In this document: positions 54,770 through 64,000 of the stretch, in pieces
How positions within the stretch are numbered: position 1 is the first letter of the stretch
Layout: each line of letters opens with the position of its first letter
Source of the DNA: Lingula anatina
Lineage: Eukaryota > Animalia > Brachiopoda
DNA length: 64,000 nucleotides
Reading direction: 5' to 3'
Assembly (NCBI GenBank): GCA_051362555.1
Contig: CM120646.1
Location: 8,432,001 to 8,496,000 of the forward strand
Made by a program: the position numbers and the translations under genes
The notes under the pieces: generated by a model
What the model saw: the letters and a program-made list of their open reading frames with translations, nothing else
Databases searched by the model: none
What the model was told of the DNA's origin: nothing

Positions 54770-55270
54770 ATGTTGAATCAACGTTGATGGTCAACGTTGA
54801 AACTATGTTGATATGACGTTGACTATGAAAGTTGACTCAACGTTGAACCATCAAGGTTGAATCAACCTTGAGGTATCAAGGTTGAATCAACGTTGACGGT
54901 CAACGTTGAAACTATGTTGATATGACGTTGACTATGAAAGTTGACTCAACGTTGAACCATCAAGGTTGAATCAACCTTGAGGTATCAATGTTGAATCAAC
55001 GTTGACGGTCAACGTTGAAACTATGTTGATATGACGTTGACTATGAAAGTTGACTCAACGTTGAACCATCAAGGTTGAATCAACCTTGAGGTATCAATGT
55101 TGAATCAACGTTGACGGTCAATGTTGAAACTATGTTGATATGACGTTGACTATGAAAGTTGACTCAACGTTGAACCATCAAGGTTGAATCAACCTTGAAC
55201 CATCAAGGTTGAAACAACCTTGAGGTATCAATGTTGAATCAACATTGATACCTCAATGTTGAATCAATGT
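54770..55270. repeat. 109-bp subterminal tandem repeat (about 4 copies)
   Basis: cgttgayggtcaa starts at 54782, 54891, 55000 and 55109. Confidence 0.92.
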
Positions 55271-55740
55271 TGAAATAAAGTTGAATTTGAAAATTGAATT
55301 AACGTTGATATATCAATTAGGCTATCAGGATATTTGATTGAAATTTGCCTGATGGCTGAAGGTGTTCTCCATGATCAAGCATTTCTTGAAATAAAAAGAC
55401 TCCGATCTGAAAAGGGGGGGGAATTAGGAAAATTACCTACAAAAAAAAGGTAATTTCGGAAGAAAGGGGGGGGGTCTAGACCCCGGGACCGGGACCAGTT
55501 TGATGCTCAGTGTAACGGACCAAAACAGCCCGAACATAAAAAAACACAAACAACAACTACTACTAACTTAACTATGAATATAATATATTACAAACAATGA
55601 ACATACACTACATACACTAACTACATGTAATACTATCATGTTGCATAAACTTTAACATTTGTCATGTAATACTATCATGTTGCATAAACTTTAACATTTG
55701 TCAAATACAGTTAAATTCTAACAGATTCGTAGACAGTTAA

Positions 55741-55945
55741 GTTTTGAAGACGCAATGTCACAGTTTTACAAGTCCTTTTCTGTTAAACGTTCCTCCTGAT
55801 AGTGTGGGGTTTTGAAGACGCAATGTCACCGTTTTCCATGTCCTTATCTGTTGAACGATCCTCCTGATAGTGTGGCGTTTTGAAGACGCAATGTCACCGT
55901 TTTCCATGTCCTTGTCTGTTGAACGATCCTCCTGATAGTGTGGCC
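55741..55945. repeat. ~69-bp tandem repeat, 3 copies, inside the EnSpm-like element
   Basis: gttttgaagacgcaatgtcac...cctcctgatagtgtgg occurs three times. Confidence 0.85.
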
Positions 55946-56594
55946 TCACAAAGTACTGTTAATAAAGTACAGTTTTTGTACTGTAAAAGTGTTACACACT
56001 GTCCACACTCACGTGTTGCATCAGTTCATGTTATCCGGAGTCTCGCACTTAATAACAGTCCCGCACTTCATTTACATTGTACAAGTATGCAGGCACATAC
56101 GGTAATTACTCATAAAAATTAAACAACAAATTAGCTTTACTAAAATAATTATAACGTCACGTCAGGTAGTTAAAGATAATTTAAAGAATACAAAAACAAA
56201 GGGTCACCAGTCTAATTTTTTTCTCACGGCTAACTTAAATTTCCAGAAAAACAGGCATTTTTGGCTTTTTCAAGCTTTTTCTTCAACCTTGAGTAAAATT
56301 TTGTCAATTTGCCATAAAGTAAGGCTGGTGACCCTATGTTTTTTTCTTTTTCTTAAAGATAACCTGTTGAAAGTTAAAAAAAAAACTGACGACCGCTTTT
56401 TTCACAAAATTTATTTTAATGAAAAAGGGGTAAAACAAGCGTTTCATGAGGGGTAATTACCCCTATGCATACCTCTCTAGTGAGATAATCATTTAAAACT
56501 ATTATCAAGGTTATGATTAAGGTTATAAAGTTAAGGTTGGCCCAATGTTGAGATATAGTTGATATGTCAACATTGACAAAGGGTTTACAAACAC

Positions 56595-57000
56595 AGGTTG
56601 ATTCAATGTTGAAATCCTGTTGATCTATCAACATTGAAAACTGATTGACAAAGAAAGGTAAAATCAATGTTGAGACCCTGTTGATCTATCAACATTGACA
56701 ATTGGTTGACAAGAAAAGGTTGATTCAATGTTGAAATCCTGTTGATCTATCAACATTGAAAACTGTTTGACAAAGAAAGGTAAAATCAATGTTGAGACCC
56801 TGTTGATCTATCAACATTGACAATTGGTTGACAAGAAAAGGTTGATTCAATGTTGAAATCCTGTTGATCTATCAACATTGAAAATTGATTGACAAAGAAA
56901 GGTTAAATCAATGTTGAGACCCTGTTGATCTATCAACATTGACAATTGGTTGACAAGAAAAGATTGATTCAATGTTGAAATCTTGTTGATTTATCAATAT
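56595..57000. repeat. 122-bp (2 x 61) subterminal tandem repeat
   Basis: attcaatgttgaaatc starts at 56601, 56723, 56845 and 56967. Confidence 0.92.
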
Positions 57001-60000
57001 TGATGGATCAATATCATCTCAACCTATCCTCAATGTTGAATCAACGTTGAGTGCCCGCTGGGAATATAGTTAAACGTTAATAATTTTGACAAATCTAGTT
57101 CTATATTTGTGAAATTTGCACAAATGATGCCTAACATGAATGAAAATCTGTGATAAGCTCATCAGTTGACTGCAACCTATGAAAAAGATTTTATCGGACA
57201 ATATATTTGAGAAACTGAAAACTGCACTGAAAGGTCGGGCAAATTCCACGGCATAAAATAGTTAAACGTTGATAATTTTGATAAATCCATTCCAATATTT
57301 GTCAAATTTGGACAAATGATGCCTAACATGAATGAAAATCTGTGTTAAACTCATCAGTTGACTGCATCCTGTGAAAAAGATTTAATCAGACAGTATATTT
57401 TAGAAAACTGAAAAATTGCATTGAAATGTCAGGCAAATTCCATGGCATAAAATAGTTAAACGTTAATAATTTTTACAAATCTGGTCCTATATTTGAGAAA
57501 TTTGCACAAGTGATACTTAACAACAATGAAAATCTGTGATAAGCTCATCAGTTGGCTGTCTGCCATGGAAAAGATTTTTCGGGACAATATATTTGAGAAA
57601 ATTGAAAATTACATTGAAAAGACTGGTAAATTCCATGGCATAATATAGTTAAACGTTAATAATTTTGACAAATCAGGTCCTATATTTGAGAAATTTGCAC
57701 AAATGATACTTAACAACAATGAAAATCTGTGATAAGCTCATCAGTTGGCTGTCTGCCATGAAAAAGATTTTTCGGCACAATGTATTTGAGAAAACTGAAA
57801 ATTACATTGAAAAGACTGGTAAATTCCATGGCATAATATAGTTAAACATTAATAATTTTGACAAATCTAGTTCTATATTTGTGAAATTTGCACAAATGAT
57901 GCCTAACATGAATGAAAATCTGTGATAAGCTTATCAGTTGACTGCAACCTATGAAAAAGATTTAATCAGACAATATATTTGAGAAAACTGAAAACTGCAT
58001 TGAAAGGTCGGGCAAATTCCACGGCATAAAATAGTTAAACATTAATAATTTTAATAAATCTATTCCAATATTTGTCAAATTTGGACAAATAATGCCTAAC
58101 ATGAATGAAAATCTGTGATAAGTTCATCAGTTGACTGCATCCTATGAAAAAGATTTAATCGGACAATATATTTGAGAAAACTGAAAATTACATTGAAAAG
58201 ACGGGCAAATTTAATAGCATAAAAAAGTTAAACGTTAATAATTTTGACAAATCTAGTCCAATATTTGTCAAATTTGGACAAATGATGCTTAACATCAATA
58301 AAAATCTGTGATAAGCTTACCAATTGACTGTGTGTAATATTAGTGTTGTTTATTGGCAATTTGTACGAGAAGAGTCAGAATGACCAAAAAATTTTTTTCA
58401 ATTTAACAACATATTTAGTCTCATATGAAACAGCAAATGTTATGATTTGTGTTTGTTTGTGTTAGAGGTGGCAAATTACCCATAATTGTCATCTGGAAAA
58501 CAACATATACCATTCAAGACTTCTCCTTACTACCAATACCACATGCAGATTCCTCCTTACAGTGGGTTTCTGGAATCAGGATTAGCGCACCATTTGACAA
58601 TGTCCTAAATCTTCCCACGTACCAACTACTGTACACAAGGACGAGACATAAAGTTGCTCTTGCTGCTGTCTTTCATTGCCTGCTTTTTCTATAGGAATTA
58701 GTCATGATCAGACAGGAAGTATCAGTTCACCAAGAAGCCACCCGCTGTATGGAAAGGGTCACCTGGAAAAAGAACAATATATAATTTGAAAAAAGTGAAA
58801 ATTAAATTTTAAAAAGTGACTCGGCTTAGAATAGTTAAACGATGATAATTTTGAGAAATCTGGTCCAATAATTGTGTAATTTGCACAAATGATGCTTAAC
58901 AACAATAAAAATCTATGATAAGCTTATTAGTTGACTGTGCCCCATGAAAAAGATTTTTCGGAACAATATATTTGAGAAAATTGAAAATTACATTGAAAAG
59001 ACTGGTAAATTCCATGGCATAATATAGTTAAACGTTAATAATTTTGACAAATCTGGTTGTATATTTGTGAAATTTGCACAAATGATACTTAACAACAATG
59101 AAAATCTGTGATAAGCTCATCAATTGACTGTGTAAAATGAAAAAGATTTTTTCGGACAATATATTATAGAAAACTGAAAATTACATTCAAAAGGCGGGCA
59201 AATTCCATGGCATAAAATAGTTAAACGTTAATAATTTTGACAAATCTATTCCAATATTTGTCAAATTTGAAAAAATGATGCTAAACAACAATAAAAATCT
59301 GTGATAAGCTCATCAAGTGACTGCATCCTGTGAAAAAGATTTAATCAGACAATATATTTTAGAAAACTGAAAATTGCATTGAAATGTCAGGCAAATTCCA
59401 TGACATAAAATAGTTAAACGTTAATAATTTTTACAAATCTGGTCCTATATTTGAGAAATTTGCACAAATGATACTTAACAACAATGAAAATCTGTGATAA
59501 GCTCATCAGTTGGCTGTCTCTCATGAAAAAGATTTTTCGGGACAATATATTTGAGAAAACTGTAAATTACATTGAAAAGACTGGTAAATTCCATGGCATT
59601 ATATAGTTAAACGTTAATAATTTTGACAAATCTAGTTCTATATTTGTGAAATTTGCACAAATGATGCCTAACATGAATGAAAATCTGTGATAAGCTCATC
59701 AGTTGACTGCAACCTATGAAAAAGATTTAATCGGACAATATATTTGAGAAAACTGAAAACTGCATTGAAAGGTCAGGCAAATTCCACGGCATAAAATAGT
59801 TAAACATCAATAATTTTGATAAATCTATTCCAATATTTGTCAAATTTGGACAAATGATGCCTAACATGAATGAAAATCTGTGATAAGCTCATCAGTTGAC
59901 TGCATCCTATGAAAAAGATTTAATCAGACAATATATTTGAGAAAACTGAAAATTACATTGAAAAGACGGGCAAATTTAATAGCATAAAAAAGTTAATCGT

Positions 60001-63000
60001 TAATTTTGACAAATCTAGTCCAATATTTGTTAAATTTGGACAAATGATGCTTAACATCAATAAAAATCTGTGATAAACTTACCAATTGACTGTGTGTAAT
60101 ATTAGTGTTGTTTATTGGCAATTTGTATGAGAAGATTCAGAATGATTAAAAAGTTTTTTTTAAATTTAACAACATAAAATTCAGTCTCACATGAAACAGC
60201 AAATGTTATGATTTGTGTTTGTTTGTGTTAGAGGTGGCAAATTACCCATAATTGTCATCTGGAAAACAACATATACCATTCAAGACTTCTCCTTACTACC
60301 AATACCACATGCAGATTCCTCCTTACAGTGGGTTTCTGGAATCAGGATTAGCGCACCATTTGACAATGTCCTAAATCTTCCCACGTACCAACTACTGTAC
60401 ACAAGGACGAGACATAAAGTTGCTCTTGCTGCTGTCTTTCATTGCCTGCTTTTTCTATAGGAATTAGTCATGACCAGACAGGAAGTATCAGTTCACCAAG
60501 AAGCCACCCGCTGTATGGAAAGGGTCACCTGGAAAAAGAACAATATATAATTTGAAAAAAGTGAAAATTAAATTTTAAAAAGTGACTCGGCTTAGAATAG
60601 TTAAACGATGATAATTTTGAGAAATCTGGTCCAATAATTGTGTAATTTGCACAAATGATGCTTAACAACAATAAAAATCTATGATAAGCTTATTAGTTGA
60701 CTGTGCCCCATGAAAAAGATTTTTCGGAACAATATATTTGAGAAAATTGAAAATTACATTGAAAAGACTGGTAAATTCCATGGCATAATATAGTTAAACG
60801 TTAATAATTTTGACAAATCTGGTTGTATATTTGTGAAATTTGCACAAATGATACTTAACAACAATGAAAATCTGTGATAAGCTCATCAATTGACTGTGTA
60901 AAATGAAAAAGATTTTTTCGGACAATATATTATAGAAAACTGAAAATTACATTCAAAAGGCGGGAAAATTCCATGGCATAAAATAGTTAAACGTTAATAA
61001 TTTTGACAAATCTATTCCAATATTTGTCAAATTTGAAAAAATGATGCTAAACAACAATAAAAATCTGTGATAAGCTCATCAAGTGACTGCATCCTGTGAA
61101 AAAGATTTAATCAGACAATATATTTTAGAAAACTGAAAATTGCATTGAAATGTCAGGCAAATTCCATGGCATAAAATAGTTAAACGTTAATAATTTTTAC
61201 AAATCTGGTCCTATATTTGAGAAATTTGCACAAATGATACTTAACAACAATGAAAATCTGTGATAAGCTCATCAATTGGCTGTCTCCCATGAAAAAGATT
61301 TTTCGGGACAATATATTTGAGAAAACTGTAAATTACATTGAAAAAGACTGGTAAATTCCATGGCATAATATAGTTAAACGTTAATAATTTTGACAAATCT
61401 AGTTTTATATTTGTGAAATTTGCACAAATGATGCCTAACATGAATGAAAATCTGTGATAAGCTCATCAGTTGACTGCAACCTATGAAAAAGATTTTATCA
61501 GACAATATATTTGAGAAAACTGAAAACTGCATTGAAAGGTCAGGCAAATTCCACGGCATAAAATAGTTAAACATTAATAATTTTGATAAATCTATTCCAA
61601 TATTTGTCAAATTTGGACAAATGATGCCTAACATGAATGAAAATCTGTGATAAGCTCATCAGTTGACTGCATCCTATGAAAAAGATTTAATCAGACAATA
61701 TATTTGAGAAAACTGAAAATTACATTGAAAAGACGGGCAAATTTAATAGCATAAAAAAGTTAAACGTTAATTTTGACAAATCTAGTCCAATATTTGTCAA
61801 ATTTGGACAAATGATGCTTAACATCAATAAAAATCTGTGATAAACTTACCAATTGACTGTGTGTAATATTAGTGTTGTTTATTGGCAATTTGTATGAGAA
61901 GATTCAGAATGATCAAAAAGTTTTTTTTAAATTTAACAACATATAATTCAGTCTCACATGAAACAGCAAATGTTATGATTTGTGTTTGTTTGTGTTAGAG
62001 GTGGCAAATTACCCATAATTGTCATCTGGAAAACAACATATACCATTCAAGACTTCTCCTTACTACCAATACCACATGCAGATTCCTCCTTACAGTGGGT
62101 TTCTGGAATCAGGATTAGCGCACCATTTGACAATGTCCTAAATCTTCCCACGTACCATCTATTGTACACAAGGACGAGACATAACGCTGCTCTTGCTGCT
62201 GTCTTTCACTGCCTGCTTTTTCTATAGGAATTAGCCATGACCAGACAGGAAGTATCAGTTCACCAAGAAGCCACTCGCTGTATGGAAAGGGTCACCTGGA
62301 AAAAGAACAATATATAATTTGAAAAATGTGAAAATTAAATTTTAAAAAGTGACTCTGCTTAGAATAGTTAAACGATGATAATTTTGACAAATCTAGTCCA
62401 ATATTTGTGAAATTTGCACAAATGATGCTAAACAACAATAAAAATCTGTGATAAGCTCATCAGTTGACTGCATCCTGTAAAAAAGATTTAATCAGACAAT
62501 ATATTTTAGAAAACTGAAAATTGCATTGAAATGTCAGGGAAATTCCATGGCATAAAATAGTTAAACGTTAATAATTTTTACAAATCTGGTCCTATATTTG
62601 AGAAATTTGCACAAATGATACTTAACAACAATGAAAATCTGTGATAAGCTCATCAATTGACTGTGTAAAATGAAAAAGATTTTTTTGGACAATATATTAT
62701 AGAAAACTGAAAATTACATTAAAAAGACTGGTAAATTCCATGGCATAAAATAGTTAAACGTTAATAATTTTGACAAATCTATTCCAATATTTGTCAAATT
62801 TGGAAAAATGATGCTTAACAACAATAAAAATCTGTGATAAGCTCATCAGTTGACTGCATCCTGTGAAAAAGATTTAATCAGACAATATATTTTAGAAAAC
62901 TGAAAATTTCATTGAAATGTCAGGCAAATTCCATGGCATAAAATAGTTAAACGTTAATAATTTTGACAAATCTGGTCCTATATTTGTAAAACTTTCACAA

Positions 63001-64000
63001 ATGATGCTCAACAACAATAAAAATCTGTAATAAGCTCATCAGTTGACTGTCTCCCATGAAAAAGATTTTTCGGTATAATATATTTGAGAAAACGGAAAAT
63101 TACATTGAAAAGACTGGCAAATTCAATGGCATAAAATAGTTAAAAGTTAATAATTTTGACAAATCTAGTTCTATATTTGTGAAATTTGCACAAATGATGC
63201 CTAACATGAATGAAAATCTGTGATAAGCTCATCAGTTGACTGCAACCTATGAAAAAGATTGAATCGGACAATATATTTGCGCACCATTTGACAATGTCCT
63301 AAATCTTCCCACGTACCAACTAATGTACACAAGGACGAGACATAAAGTTGCTCTTGCTGCTGCCTTTCACTGCCTGCTTTTTCTATAGGAATTATCCATG
63401 ACCAGACAGGAAGTATCAGTTCACCAAAAAGCCACCCGCTGTATGGAAAGGGTCACCTGGAAAAAGAACAATATATAATTTGAAAAAAGTGAAAATTAAA
63501 TTTTAAAAAGTGACTAGGCTTAGAATAGTTAAACGATGATAATTTTGACAAATCTGGTCCAATATTTGTGGAATTTGCACAAAGGATGCTTAACAACAAT
63601 AAAAATCTGTGATAAGCTTATCAGTTGACTGTGCCCCATGAAAAAGATTTTTCGGAACAATATATTTGAGAAAACTGAAAATTACATTGAAAAGACTGGT
63701 AAATTCCATGGCATAATATAGTTAAACGTTAATAATTTTGACAAATCTAGTTCTATATTTGTGAAATTTGCACAAATGATGCCTAACATGAATGAAAATC
63801 TGTGATAAGCTCATCAGTTGACTGCAACCTATGAAAAAGATTTTATCGGACAATATATTAGAGAAAACTGAAAACTGCACTGAAAGGTCGGGCAAATTCC
63901 ATGGCATAAAATAGTTAAACGTTATTAATTTTGATAAATCCATTCCAATATTTGTCAAATTTGGACAAATGATGCCTAACATGAATGAAAATCTGTGATA

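Larger units (their letters stand above)
54743..57062. mobile_element. Non-autonomous EnSpm/CACTA (CMC)-like DNA transposon
   Basis: TIR cccagcgggca / tgcccgctggg with a 2-bp TSD AA (gcat-aa|...|aa-tatag versus empty gcataatatag). Both ends have dense subterminal tcaacgttga/tcaatgttga palindromic repeats, as in animal EnSpm elements with CCC termini. No transposase ORF. Confidence 0.88.
9556..64000. repeat. Composite satellite array: ~193-bp monomers interspersed with exon-like cassettes, continuing beyond the window
   Basis: The motif gttaaacgttaataattttgacaaatct recurs at 193-bp spacing (e.g. 12366, 12559, 12752). Monomer consensus: aaaatagttaaacgttaataattttgacaaatctattccaatatttgtcaaatttggacaaatgatgcctaacatgaatgaaaatctgtgataagctcatcagttgactgcatcctatgaaaaagatttaatcggacaatatatttgagaaaactgaaaattacattgaaaagactggtaaattccatggcat. 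Confidence 0.97.

Noticed and set aside
56163-56366. Imperfect inverted repeat (agggtcaccagtcta / aggctggtgaccct) inside the EnSpm-like element
   Set aside because: Probably a decayed nested MITE, but termini and TSD could not be defined, so it is not called as a feature.
9556-64000. CRISPR-like repeat/spacer array
   Set aside because: The units are ~193-bp monomers with a few recurring subtypes rather than unique spacers. The context is eukaryotic and there are no cas genes.

Overview
AT-rich, repeat-dominated eukaryotic DNA, most likely an invertebrate metazoan judging by the Helentron/HINE, EnSpm-like, Kolobok-like and MITE content. I see no convincing protein-coding gene. Bases 1-9550 are a patchwork of MITE/TIR elements, a tRNA-derived SINE-like head, degenerate satellite monomers and one diverged exon-like cassette. 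From about 9556 to the window end lies a composite tandem array of roughly 150 monomers (my estimate) of a ~193-bp satellite. It is interrupted by 14 full (~500 bp) and 9 truncated (~245 bp) copies of a non-satellite cassette. On the minus strand this cassette carries a 140-nt exon-like segment (tattgttctttttccag|G...G|GTACGT or GTAAGT) and a possible 13-nt microexon. The array carries four insertions of one Helentron-type non-autonomous family (one multimeric, one chimeric, one with a nested element) and one EnSpm/CMC-like element with a 2-bp TSD. The most notable hypothesis is a satellite-driven amplification of spliceable, apparently non-coding exons, whose older diverged relatives are still visible at the left flank.
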